Of a stretch of DNA of 64,000 nt, positions 1 through 9,048 are shown one piece after another (within the stretch, counting starts at the first letter, position 1; every line of letters starts with the position of its first letter). The translations under genes were made by a program, and so were the position numbers. Source of the DNA: Clostridium sp. GTDB lineage: Bacteria > Bacillota > Clostridia > Oscillospirales > Ruminococcaceae. The stretch spans positions 176 through 64,175 of the forward strand of contig JAMPFN010000006.1 in the NCBI GenBank assembly GCA_023664445.1, in the 5' to 3' direction. A model generated the notes under the pieces. That model did no database searches and was not told where the DNA came from. It worked only from the letters and a program-made list of their open reading frames with translations.

Positions 1-24
1 ACGGTAGGGGAAACTGCAATACTT

Positions 25-108
25 TGGTGCGAGTGACGGGACTTGAACCCGTACGCCAATGACACACGCCCCTCAAACGTGCCTGTCTGCCTATTCCAGC
101 ACACTCGC
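25..108 (-). tRNA. tRNA-Leu (anticodon GAG)
   Basis: Reverse complement folds as a cloverleaf GCGAGTG...CACTCGC-ACCA. Anticodon arm is CACGT-TTGAGGG-GCGTG, with a long variable arm, a GGTTCAAGTCC T-arm and an encoded CCA. Confidence 0.95.
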
Positions 109-123
109 ATTGAGTACTTTAAT

Positions 124-152
124 ATTATATCAAATTATAAATGAAATGTCAA
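124..152 (-). promoter_or_regulatory. sigma-A promoter for tRNA-Leu
   Basis: Minus strand TTGACA-17 bp-TATAAT, immediately upstream of the tRNA. Confidence 0.8.
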
Positions 153-260
153 TAGTTTTTTCATGTTTTTTATATGTTTGTCGAATATGACGATACAGCG
201 TCGGATTTTTAACAATAAATGCAGTAAAATACACAAAACATAAAATGCACAAATAAAATA

Positions 261-719
261 TCAACCGTTTACATTATAATGCTCTGAAAGAAGATTCATA
301 GCCTTAAGCAGCTTATGTATGTAAACAAAAGGTCCTATGACGATCAATGAACCGAGAACATTCCAACCCCAAAATGTTCCTGAGCCGAAGCTGTAATAGA
401 TATTACGCCGTTTAAGTTCCGCTCCGATACGTGCGGACATCTTATGATACCATACTATGGTTGCAATGCCGAATGTCAATCCGTTAAAAATAAAAATAAT
501 AAGACAGGCATGCATAGTTTTTTTGCCGTCATATCTTGAAGCAATAACATTGATGTCAGTAGATACACCCGACAAGACTACTATAGAATAAATTCCAAGA
601 GTCACAATGCTTAGAAGAATAAACTTAATAAGTCCTCTGTTTGTTTTCAGCTGTCCAATAGGAGCGGTTGACGCCTGATAATTTTCAATCTTTTGTTTTT
701 CCAATTGAGTATTTTCCAT
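261..719 (-). CDS. small membrane protein, DUF4234-like
   Basis: 152-aa ORF with three hydrophobic segments and a repeated LxIxTxGI(Y/A)xxxW-type motif (LSIVTLGIY, FNGLTFGIATIVWYHK) typical of DUF4234 proteins. Confidence 0.65.
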   Translation of the reverse strand: MENTQLEKQKIENYQASTAPIGQLKTNRGLIKFILLSIVTLGIYSIVVLSGVSTDINVIASRYDGKKTMHACLIIFIFNGLTFGIATIVWYHKMSARIGAELKRRNIYYSFGSGTFWGWNVLGSLIVIGPFVYIHKLLKAMNLLSEHYNVNG

Positions 720-851
720 TATAAAATTCCTTTCATTATTGATTTATCCATGGAATAGTATTGATTATACCATATTATTATGAAAAAAACTATAGTATTT
801 TTATAATTTTATATTTTTTTGTGAAGAATAGATGAAAAAATCAAATTTTAA

Positions 852-880
852 TTGACATTCATTTTAAATAATGATATTAT
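852..880 (+). promoter_or_regulatory. sigma-A promoter (extended -10) for the ABC transporter gene
   Basis: TTGACA-17 bp-TATTAT with a TGn extension. A GGAGG RBS precedes the ATG at 969. Confidence 0.7.
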
Positions 881-968
881 ATTACATGTCAGTTTGAAAA
901 TTTGCGGCAGCAAAAATACAAATAAATTCCTTTATAGTATGTTGTTGCCCTATGGAGGTTAGTATAGC

Positions 969-3272
969 ATGCTTGAACTTAAAAATATTAAAAAGACTTA
1001 CCATGTAGGCGATGTCGAAACAAAAGCTCTCGATGATGTAACGGTTTCTTTCAGAGAAAAGGAATTTGTCGCAATATTGGGAACAAGCGGATCCGGTAAA
1101 ACCACCAGTTTGAACATAATCGGCGGCTTGGACAGATACGACTCCGGCGATATGATAATCAACGGAAAGTCCACTAAGAATTTCAAGGACAAAGAATGGG
1201 ATGCATACCGCAACAACAGTATAGGATTTATTTTTCAAAGTTATAATCTTATTACTCATCTGAGTATAGTTTCTAATGTCGAGATAGGTATGACGCTTAG
1301 CGGCGTTTCAGCATCGGAAAAGCACAAAAGAGCCATGGAAGTGCTTGAAAAGGTCGGACTAAAGGAACACATACACAAAAAGCCGAATCAGCTTTCGGGC
1401 GGTCAGATGCAGAGAGTCGCCATTGCAAGAGCGCTTGCGAACGATCCGGATATCCTGCTGTGCGACGAGCCAACGGGCGCTCTTGACACGACAACGAGCG
1501 TACAGATAATGGATCTTATCAAGGAAGTTGCGGGCGACAAGCTTGTTATCATGGTAACTCACAATCCCGATCTTGCTCAAAAATATGCGGACAGGATCGT
1601 AAGCTTTCAGGACGGCAAAATAATTTCCGACACGAATCCATTTGATGAAAAGGACGGCAAAAACGATTTTTCATTAAAGAAAACGAGCATGAGCTTCTTT
1701 ACGGCTTTGAAGCTTTCCGCAAATAACATAAAAACAAAGCTCGGAAGAACGTTTCTTACATCATTTGCGTCAAGCATAGGAATTATCGGTATTGCATTGA
1801 TACTAAGCCTATCGGTCGGATTTCAAATGCAGATAGATAAATTTGAAAGCGATACTCTTCAGCAAATGCCCGTTATTATCTCGCAGCAAAGTATGGATAT
1901 GGACATTGAAACTATGGAAAAGCTTGCCGAGGACGAAGATAAATATAAAGAGTTCCCCGATGAAGAAAAGGTGTTCGTCATGGATTCCATGCAGGAAACT
2001 ATGATGCATACAAATAAATTCAATAAAGAATATCTTGATTATATCAACAATATCGACAAGGATATATGCAAAGGATTGCAGTTTGTACGAACTGTAAATC
2101 TTAATATGATAAGAAAAACGGGCGACGAATATTTTCCTGTAACAACGGCAAACATGAATTTTTCTTCATCTCCGTTCTCGATCGACGGTGATGAAAACTC
2201 GCTAATGAAAGAGCATTACGATATTCTTGCGGGCAAGATGCCGGAAAACGAAACGGAAGCTATCCTTGTGATCGATACTAAAAACAGAATTTACAACACT
2301 CTCACAACAGAACTCGGTATAGATGCAAAAAACGGAGATGAAATCGATTTCAGCGATATAATCGGAACGGAATTCAAGGTTATCCTGAATAATGATTTCT
2401 ATGTAAAAAATGAAGAAATGGGGATTTACACATTCAATACCGATTACAAGGCTATGTATGAATCTCCAAACAGCATAACTCTCACGATTTCAGGAATCAT
2501 AAGACCTAATGAGGACTCCCCTACCTCTATGATGTCAAACGGCGGAATGATCGCGTACAACGACAAACTTTCCCAAAAGGTTATTGCAGATTCGCTTAAC
2601 TCGGATATCGTAAAGGCTCAAAATGATTCGGATCTTAATGTGATGTCAATGGAACCTGTCACCGAAGAAGAAAAACAGCAGCTTATTTCCTACATGGGCG
2701 GTGACGAGATACCTTTCATTATTGAACTTTATCCATATGATTTTGAAACCAAGGATAAAATACTCGAATATCTTGATGATTTCAATAAGGGAAAGGACGA
2801 GGAGGATAAGATAATTTATACAGATACGGCGGGCATTATATCGGGAATGTCTGACGGTATAATGAACGGCATCACCATAGTGCTTATAGCATTTGCAGGC
2901 ACAAATCTTATAGTAAGCCTTATCATGATCGCAATTATTACTTATACTTCAGTTCTTGAAAGGACAAAGGAAATCGGTATCCTCAAAGCGCTCGGCGCAA
3001 GAAAGAAAGATATTACACGAGTATTCGATGCTGAAACATTCATACTCGGCGTATGCTCGGGACTTTTGGGAATAATAATTTCCAAGATCCTGACCTATCC
3101 TATAAACTTAATAATATACAATATGACAGAGCTTAAGAACGTCGCGCAGCTTAAAATATCGCATGCTCTTATACTTGTTGCCGTAAGTACCGTACTTACA
3201 ATGCTCGGCGGACACATTCCTGCAAGAATGGCTGCTAAAAGGGATGCTGTCGAAGCTTTGAGAAGCGAATAA
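969..3272 (+). CDS. MacB/FtsX-type ABC transporter, fused ATP-binding and permease domains
   Basis: Walker A GTSGSGKT, signature LSGGQ, Walker B ILLCDE and H-loop VTH, followed by TM1, a large extracytoplasmic domain and a C-terminal FtsX permease (ERTKEIGILKALGA). Confidence 0.9.
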   Translation: MLELKNIKKTYHVGDVETKALDDVTVSFREKEFVAILGTSGSGKTTSLNIIGGLDRYDSGDMIINGKSTKNFKDKEWDAYRNNSIGFIFQSYNLITHLSIVSNVEIGMTLSGVSASEKHKRAMEVLEKVGLKEHIHKKPNQLSGGQMQRVAIARALANDPDILLCDEPTGALDTTTSVQIMDLIKEVAGDKLVIMVTHNPDLAQKYADRIVSFQDGKIISDTNPFDEKDGKNDFSLKKTSMSFFTALKLSANNIKTKLGRTFLTSFASSIGIIGIALILSLSVGFQMQIDKFESDTLQQMPVIISQQSMDMDIETMEKLAEDEDKYKEFPDEEKVFVMDSMQETMMHTNKFNKEYLDYINNIDKDICKGLQFVRTVNLNMIRKTGDEYFPVTTANMNFSSSPFSIDGDENSLMKEHYDILAGKMPENETEAILVIDTKNRIYNTLTTELGIDAKNGDEIDFSDIIGTEFKVILNNDFYVKNEEMGIYTFNTDYKAMYESPNSITLTISGIIRPNEDSPTSMMSNGGMIAYNDKLSQKVIADSLNSDIVKAQNDSDLNVMSMEPVTEEEKQQLISYMGGDEIPFIIELYPYDFETKDKILEYLDDFNKGKDEEDKIIYTDTAGIISGMSDGIMNGITIVLIAFAGTNLIVSLIMIAIITYTSVLERTKEIGILKALGARKKDITRVFDAETFILGVCSGLLGIIISKILTYPINLIIYNMTELKNVAQLKISHALILVAVSTVLTMLGGHIPARMAAKRDAVEALRSE

Positions 3273-3309
3273 GAACGACGACAACAATAACTAATATAAG
3301 TATACACAA

Positions 3310-3366
3310 AAGATCCGGAAGTAAAGACTAAAATGCACGCTAAAGCAGTCTTTACTTCCGGATCTT
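3310..3366. terminator. bidirectional hairpin between convergent genes
   Basis: Perfect 20-bp inverted repeat AAGATCCGGAAGTAAAGACT / AGTCTTTACTTCCGGATCTT. Confidence 0.75.
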
Positions 3367-3399
3367 ATAGTGAATGTCAAAATTAATTTATGTAATATA

Positions 3400-3447
3400 T
3401 TCATTTCTTGCCTTGATGTAAGAAACGAACCAAAAGAAATCAAGCTT
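3400..3447 (+). repeat. dispersed palindromic repeat, module E
   Basis: TTCATTTCTTGCCTTGATGTAAGAAACGAACCAAAAGAAATCAAGCTT; near-identical copies at 25679 and 61307. Confidence 0.85.
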
Positions 3448-3466
3448 ACGCTTCGAAATTGCGGTT

Positions 3467-3685
3467 TGCGATTTTGAGGGCTTTATCTCCCGATCTTTGC
3501 CAAGAATGTTTCGTGTGGGTACTTACATTTTTAGTAATACTTCCCCTTGGGGAAAGTATTACTAAAAATCATGAGGATTCCAAAGGTGACTCACCGCGGG
3601 GCGGGGAGATGTCACGAAGTGACAGAGGGGACGGCTCTGTAAGAGGCATTTCCTTTGGCAGGGGGGTTGGGGAACAGAGTCCCCA
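3467..3685 (+). repeat. left arm of ~220-bp inverted repeat flanking the amidase gene
   Basis: Aligns by eye to the reverse complement of 5636..5855 with roughly 15 differences. Contains internal palindromes ATTTTTAGTAATACTTCCCC-TT-GGGGAAAGTATTACTAAAAAT and TGTCACGAAGTGACA. Confidence 0.95.
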
Positions 3686-3718
3686 AATATGGCAAAAGGT
3701 TAGGGGGACAAAGTCCTC

Positions 3719-5581
3719 TTAATTCTTATTCGCCATAATAATATCGAGCGTTTTCAATATTCCGTCTGCATAAGCCTTTGCAAGCTTATCGTAATTTGCC
3801 TTTATAAACTGCGCATCGTCCCAGTCATCGACAAATCCTCCTTCGATAAGTACTGATGGAGCATTCGTTTCGCGTATAATAGTAAATCTGTCAGCGCCGT
3901 TTCTTATAAATGTTTTACAGCCGTTGCTGTACATGAATTTAGATACCTCGGCATTGATATTTTCGGCAAGAGTTAATGACATTCCGCCGTACATGGAATA
4001 ATATACCTCAAACCCATGACCTCCGACAGCGTTGAAATGGATATCAATTATAAGATCGGGATCATAGTCGTTGCAAAGCTTCAGCTTGCCTTCCATGGTT
4101 GTATCAATATCGGCGTCACGGCTCATGATAAATTCAATACCCGCATTTTTTAAATGCTCCGCCACAAGCTTGCCTGTTTTCAGCGTGTATTCCTTTTCAA
4201 CAATGTATTTCACAGCTCCCGAATCCACTCCGCCGTGTCCGACGCCTACAAATACCTTTGGGAATTCGGGATCAAGAGCGCCGTTTGACTTAAAGAAATA
4301 TCTTTTTTCGCCTATCTTTTGCCAGCCTGTCAGCATAACTCCGCTTTTGTCAAAATAATATTGGTCACTACCGATTTTGAGGAATCCGACAGTCATTTTT
4401 CCGTCCGATTTAAAATAGTATTCCTTCGAGTTTATGGTCTGCCAACCGGTTTTCATGATACCGTCGCTGCCAAAATAATAGCTATCGCTGCCTATTTTAT
4501 AAAGCCCGACAGCCATTTTTCCGTCCGATTTAAAGTAATATTTCTTCGAGTTTATGGTCTGCCAACCTGTTTTCATGATACCGTCGCTGTCAAAATAATA
4601 CTTATCACCGTCAATAGCTATAAGTCCCGTCTGCATTGCGCCGTCGCTGTCAAAGTAATATTTTTTTCCTGATATCTCCGTAAAACCTGTCTGCATTAAT
4701 CCACTGTTATCGAAATAATATTTTTTGCCGCTATTATTTAAAAATCCCTTAGCGATCGTTCCGTCGTCATTATAATATCTTGTTCCGTCATTGAATTTCT
4801 GAAATCCAAGCATGAGGCAGCCCTTATCCGAAAATCGGTATATATTTCCGTCAACAGCCCAGTCGCCGATGTATTTTCCCGTACTCTCATCAGCATAGTA
4901 TATATAACCGTTATGTTTTATCCAACCGTAAAGCGGCTTCTGCATTTCATAATCATAGAAAACTCTTTTTCCGTCAACAGTCTGCCAACCGCATTGATAT
5001 ATGCCGCTTGACGAAAAAAGATAAGGAATACCGTCGATCTCAATATTTCCCTTCGCTATAACTCCGTCATCATTGCAGTAATACTTGGTATCGTCTATCT
5101 CTGCCCAACCGACGCACAATTTTCCCTGTTCATCGAAAATATATTCCATACCGTTGATCTCATGTCTGCCGACAAGCTTCCCCTTATCGGGATCGGCATA
5201 AAACCTCTCACCCATATAATCGATCCAGCCGTTTTTTCTGCATCCCGTATCAAGATCGAAAAACATTCTTATTCCGTCAACAGTATACCAACCGGTTTTC
5301 ACAGCGCCATTTCGTGCAATATAATATGTTTCTCCGTCTGCCTGCAAAAGTCCGTTTACACTCTCTCCGCTTTCCGGAAAGTAATATAATCTGTCGTCAT
5401 CACCTATGACCCAGCCGGTTTTACTTTCTGTTTCGTCAAAAACCGCTTCCTCATCGGCGTTTGACTCGGCAGATAATTCGGCAATATTCTCTTCTTCGGC
5501 CGATACGGTCGTACATGCTCCCATTATCATTATAAAAAATGCAGTAAAAGCAAGAGTATACCGATAAAACTTCAATTTCAA
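3719..5581 (-). CDS. secreted N-acetylmuramoyl-L-alanine amidase (Amidase_3) with many cell-wall/choline-binding-type repeats
   Basis: Signal peptide; repeated YYFxxxGxMxTGW units; C-terminal amidase motifs GHGG, EKE, IHFN and LIEGGF, with zinc ligands and catalytic Glu present. TTG start with a GGAGG RBS. Confidence 0.9.
   Translation of the reverse strand: MKLKFYRYTLAFTAFFIMIMGACTTVSAEEENIAELSAESNADEEAVFDETESKTGWVIGDDDRLYYFPESGESVNGLLQADGETYYIARNGAVKTGWYTVDGIRMFFDLDTGCRKNGWIDYMGERFYADPDKGKLVGRHEINGMEYIFDEQGKLCVGWAEIDDTKYYCNDDGVIAKGNIEIDGIPYLFSSSGIYQCGWQTVDGKRVFYDYEMQKPLYGWIKHNGYIYYADESTGKYIGDWAVDGNIYRFSDKGCLMLGFQKFNDGTRYYNDDGTIAKGFLNNSGKKYYFDNSGLMQTGFTEISGKKYYFDSDGAMQTGLIAIDGDKYYFDSDGIMKTGWQTINSKKYYFKSDGKMAVGLYKIGSDSYYFGSDGIMKTGWQTINSKEYYFKSDGKMTVGFLKIGSDQYYFDKSGVMLTGWQKIGEKRYFFKSNGALDPEFPKVFVGVGHGGVDSGAVKYIVEKEYTLKTGKLVAEHLKNAGIEFIMSRDADIDTTMEGKLKLCNDYDPDLIIDIHFNAVGGHGFEVYYSMYGGMSLTLAENINAEVSKFMYSNGCKTFIRNGADRFTIIRETNAPSVLIEGGFVDDWDDAQFIKANYDKLAKAYADGILKTLDIIMANKN
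4388..4600. repeat. intragenic 120-bp tandem duplication (two wall-binding units, 40 aa)
   Basis: GACAGTCATTTTTCCGTCCGATTTAAA...GATACCGTCGCTG at 4388 recurs at 4508 with few substitutions. Confidence 0.9.
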
Positions 5582-5635
5582 TCCCTCCGTTAATAGGTAT
5601 ATTTTTGAAACGAAAATCTATTTTTGAGAAACTTG

Positions 5636-5855
5636 TGGGGGACGCTGTCCCCCATACCCCTGCCAAAGGAAATGCCTCTTACAGAGCCGTCCCCTCTGTC
5701 ACTTCGTGACATCTCCACGCCCCGCGGGGAGTCACCTTTGGAATCCTCGTGATTTTTAGTAATACTTTCCCCAAAGGGGAAGTATTACTAAAAATAAAAG
5801 TACCCATACAAAACATTCTTGGCAAAAATCGGGAGATAAAGCCCTCAAAATTGCA
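5636..5855 (-). repeat. right arm of ~220-bp inverted repeat flanking the amidase gene
   Basis: Reverse complement matches 3467..3685. Confidence 0.95.
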
Positions 5856-5859
5856 CATC

Positions 5860-5905
5860 ATAGTTGCTGAATGGTAAATAGTATCATTTACAGTCCCCGA
5901 CTATG
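5860..5905 (-). repeat. dispersed repeat, module F
   Basis: Reverse complement TAGTCGGGGACTGTAAATGATACTATTTACCATTCAGCAACTAT matches 25785..25828 (TAGTCGGGGACTGTAAATGATAAATTTTACCATTCATCAACTAT). Confidence 0.85.
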
Positions 5906-5931
5906 AAGACAGATCCTAAGTTACACATAAG

Positions 5932-7500
5932 TTACTCATAGCACTTGAAAACTCCGTCTACATGCTTGTCATCAATTTTTTTGGTAAATAAGCTTACAAC
6001 AGGTACAACCACGATAGAAAGGAGCATGGCTATAGCTCCCGCATTTATAGGCGACGCCAAATTCAGCTTGAATGACGCAGCGCTCTTTGTAAGTTCGGGA
6101 AACCAACCGAATCCGAACAGGATCATGTGTCCTACAGTTATTCCGATACCGAGAATAAAGCTTGTCCAGACAGCCGCCTTTGTAACTTTTTTGCTGAAAA
6201 GACCAAACATAAACGGTCCCAAAAACGCTCCGGCAAGCGCGCCCCATGAATAAGACATAAGCGTTGAAATAGAAGCGTTTTTATTGAAAGCGATTATAAC
6301 TGAAATGATAAGAAACGCTGCGATAAGAACACGCATTATAATAACTTCTTTCTTTTCATTCAGATCTTTCATTTTGGGTTTTATAAAGTCAATTGTGAGA
6401 GTCGAACTCGAAGTCAGTACAAGCGAAGAAAGCGTTGACATAGACGCTGAAAGAACAAGTACCACAACAAGCCCGATCAGTATATCGGGAAGCGCCGTTT
6501 CCAAAAGCGCAGGTATCATTGCGTCAAATTCAGGCTTTCCGTTTGAAAGGGTACTGATAAACGTCTTTGAAGAATCGGTATTGTCAAGAGTGCAGAAAAG
6601 TCTGTCAAATCCGCCAAGCAGATAAGAGCCTCCAGCAACAATAAGCGCAAATACAGTTGAAATGACAGTACCTTTTTTAATGGCGTTTTCATCTTTGATA
6701 GCATAGAATTTATGTACCATTTGAGGAAGTCCCCATGTACCAAGAGATGTAAGTATCACAACTCCCAAAAGATTTACAGGATCGGGTCCGAAAAGACTGT
6801 TGAACTGATTTGTCTTTCCGTTTACCTGCATTTCTCCGAGCTTTGAAAGCGCTTCAGAAAATCCCCCTTGATTCTCTACAGCACAGATCACTACCGCTAT
6901 AATTCCAATAAGCATTACTATTCCCTGTACAAAATCGTTGATAGCCGTTGCGGCATATCCGCCAAGTATAACATAAATTGCAGTTATAACAGCCATTGCA
7001 ATGATTATGATTTTATACGAACTGTCTGAATCCAGGCTGAAAGCCATATTGAAAAGTCTTGACAGACCGTTGTAAACAGACGCCGTATATGGTATCAGGA
7101 AAATGAATACGATAAGAGCGGAAGCTATTTTCAGCCCCTTTGAATCAAATCGCTTCTCAAAATACTCCGGCATCGTCTTTGCGTTCAAGTGATTGGACAT
7201 TATCCTCGTGCGGCGTCCAAGAACGACCCACGCAAGAGCGCTTCCGATAATAGCGTTGCCTATGCCTATCCACGCAGCCGAAACGCCGTAGCTCCAGCCG
7301 AATTGTCCGGCGTAGCCTATGAATACTACCGCCGAAAAATAAGACGTACCGTAAGCGAACGCAGTCAGCCATGAGCCGACATTTCTTCCGCCAAGTACAA
7401 AATCGCTGACAGATCTGGTCTTTTTTGATGTGTAAAGACCAATCCCCATCATAACTGCAATGTATACCATTAGCATTGCAAGGGTTATCGATGTTGTCAT
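5932..7500 (-). CDS. sodium:solute symporter (SSS; PutP/PanF-like)
   Basis: 522 aa, about 13 TM segments, motifs DFVLGGR, SYFSAVVFIG and SASMSTLSS. Substrate not assignable. Confidence 0.85.
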   Translation of the reverse strand: MTTSITLAMLMVYIAVMMGIGLYTSKKTRSVSDFVLGGRNVGSWLTAFAYGTSYFSAVVFIGYAGQFGWSYGVSAAWIGIGNAIIGSALAWVVLGRRTRIMSNHLNAKTMPEYFEKRFDSKGLKIASALIVFIFLIPYTASVYNGLSRLFNMAFSLDSDSSYKIIIIAMAVITAIYVILGGYAATAINDFVQGIVMLIGIIAVVICAVENQGGFSEALSKLGEMQVNGKTNQFNSLFGPDPVNLLGVVILTSLGTWGLPQMVHKFYAIKDENAIKKGTVISTVFALIVAGGSYLLGGFDRLFCTLDNTDSSKTFISTLSNGKPEFDAMIPALLETALPDILIGLVVVLVLSASMSTLSSLVLTSSSTLTIDFIKPKMKDLNEKKEVIIMRVLIAAFLIISVIIAFNKNASISTLMSYSWGALAGAFLGPFMFGLFSKKVTKAAVWTSFILGIGITVGHMILFGFGWFPELTKSAASFKLNLASPINAGAIAMLLSIVVVPVVSLFTKKIDDKHVDGVFKCYE

Positions 7501-7583
7501 GTTTATATTTCTCCTTTAAAGTTGTGTGGCATTAAAGCCCAAAAGCATGCTGCAGAAAACTCTGACATCAAGCATACTTATAT

Positions 7584-7612
7584 ATTGTATCAGTTACACA
7601 GGAATTTGTCAA
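7584..7612 (-). promoter_or_regulatory. sigma-A promoter for the symporter
   Basis: Minus strand TTGACA-17 bp-TACAAT. Confidence 0.7.
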
Positions 7613-7717
7613 GCAATTTTATAAAATTTGTGTAATAGCACAAAAAATCAGCCGCTTTAAAATAAACATCTGATTTTATTTGTAAATATTTACACAATTG
7701 TTAAGGTTAAGAAGCGC

Positions 7718-7760
7718 TTTTGAGAAGCTTATGGTGGACAAAGTCCCCCATAAACTTACC
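7718..7760 (+). repeat. degenerate copy of repeat module D
   Basis: TTTTGAGAAGCTTATGGTGGACAAAGTCCCCCATAAAC resembles 5621 (TTTTGAGAAACTTGTGGGGGACGCTGTCCCCCATACC) and 61240. Confidence 0.6.
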
Positions 7761-7782
7761 AAAAACTGAATTGCAGTTAATT

Positions 7783-8976
7783 TCACTTTGTTTCCTTTAA
7801 AACTTCTATAGCTTTTTTAAGCTGCAAGTCGTCCTCCTCCGGAATCTTTTCGATCTCTGTATCTTTATACTTATCATCATTATCCACATCATATTCAGGA
7901 GCGAGCCCAACACCATGATAACACTCCGACTTAGTGGTTCTGTATCTCGCAACCGTAAGCCTTACTCCTCCCCCATTGCTAAGGTTAAATGTATTTTGCA
8001 TAATTCCTTTTCCGAATGAATTTTTGCCGACAAGTACGGCTTTGTCAAAATCTTTAAGCGACGCCGCAAAAAGCTCCGCAGCGCTTGCAGAATTACCATT
8101 TATAAGAACTGCCATTGGAATATTAAGCTCTTCCGCATCAGACGAGCATATTACCTCCGTGCTGCCGTCTTTAAACTCCGCAATCGCTATATCCCCCTTA
8201 GGAAGCAATGGATCAATACAGCTATTGCATGCGCTGACAAGACCTCCTCCATTGTTTCTGACGTCAAATATAAGCGCATTTGCTCCGTTGTCAAGACATT
8301 CTTTCAGCGCATCCTCATATTGAGAAGAAGTGGTTTCCTTAAATGAAGATATTCTTATGTACCCGATATTATTCTCAAGCATACGGCTTGAAACAGTTTG
8401 AGAAGCGATTTCTTCACGTATCATAGTAAAATCATGCTCTTCGCCGCCTCGCTTAACTGTAAGAGTAACCTTTGTTCCCACATCGCCTCTTACAAGTTTT
8501 ACAGCATCGCGGTATTCCATTTGAGTTACGTCCTTGCCGTCGACCGCAATTAAAATATCGTCAACTTTAACGCCTGCCTCTTTTGCGGGACCGTCGCTAA
8601 GTTCCACCACCGTTATATCTTTCTCGTCAACAAGGTTTACGGTAATACCGATACCGCTCACCGCTCCTTTGGCATTGATAATATCCTGTTCGTATTCGTC
8701 AGACGACATATAAACCGAATATTTGTCATCAAGCGCGCTGACCATTGCCTTAAGAGAAGAATCAATTACCTCTTTCTCGTTATATTCTTCATAATAATTT
8801 TCATCGATATACTTATCGACCTCAAACATATCTTCGATCGATCTCGATTTTTCCCTGTATATCGCAACGCTGTCATTACATACCTCAAATGCCCAAAATG
8901 ATGTTGCCGCAAATGTGATTACAGAAACAGCCCCGGCAATCAGGACCGCAGATCTGATACTAATTTTCTTTTCCAT
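7783..8976 (-). CDS. ctpA: S41 family carboxyl-terminal processing protease (CtpA-like)
   Basis: N-terminal TM, PDZ domain (GIGITV), DVRNNGGG, catalytic SASAAE and SFGKG motifs. Confidence 0.88.
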   Translation of the reverse strand: MEKKISIRSAVLIAGAVSVITFAATSFWAFEVCNDSVAIYREKSRSIEDMFEVDKYIDENYYEEYNEKEVIDSSLKAMVSALDDKYSVYMSSDEYEQDIINAKGAVSGIGITVNLVDEKDITVVELSDGPAKEAGVKVDDILIAVDGKDVTQMEYRDAVKLVRGDVGTKVTLTVKRGGEEHDFTMIREEIASQTVSSRMLENNIGYIRISSFKETTSSQYEDALKECLDNGANALIFDVRNNGGGLVSACNSCIDPLLPKGDIAIAEFKDGSTEVICSSDAEELNIPMAVLINGNSASAAELFAASLKDFDKAVLVGKNSFGKGIMQNTFNLSNGGGVRLTVARYRTTKSECYHGVGLAPEYDVDNDDKYKDTEIEKIPEEDDLQLKKAIEVLKETK

Positions 8977-9048
8977 TACCGATACTCTCTCCTTTTACTG
9001 CGCAAAACAGGGCAAGAATTATGCCCTGCCCTGTTGTATAAATAAATA

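Noticed and set aside
1-108. tRNA-Leu as an integration site
   Set aside because: The tRNA 3' end faces the window edge; no duplicated att sequence or integrase is visible in this window.
3459-3722. ORFs inside repeat elements (3459..3722, 5451..5666, 5679..5861, 43971..44225, 44039..44269, 61153..61374)
   Set aside because: They lie within or overlap palindromic repeats, lack an RBS or recognisable domains, and are explained by the repeat sequence.
4388-4700. Regularly spaced repeats suggestive of a CRISPR array
   Set aside because: The period is 60/120 bp, in frame within the amidase wall-binding domain. There are no unique spacers and no cas genes.
7501-7583. ANTAR twin-hairpin target in the symporter leader
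   Set aside because: Small stems are present, but the loops do not match the conserved ANTAR hexaloop pattern.
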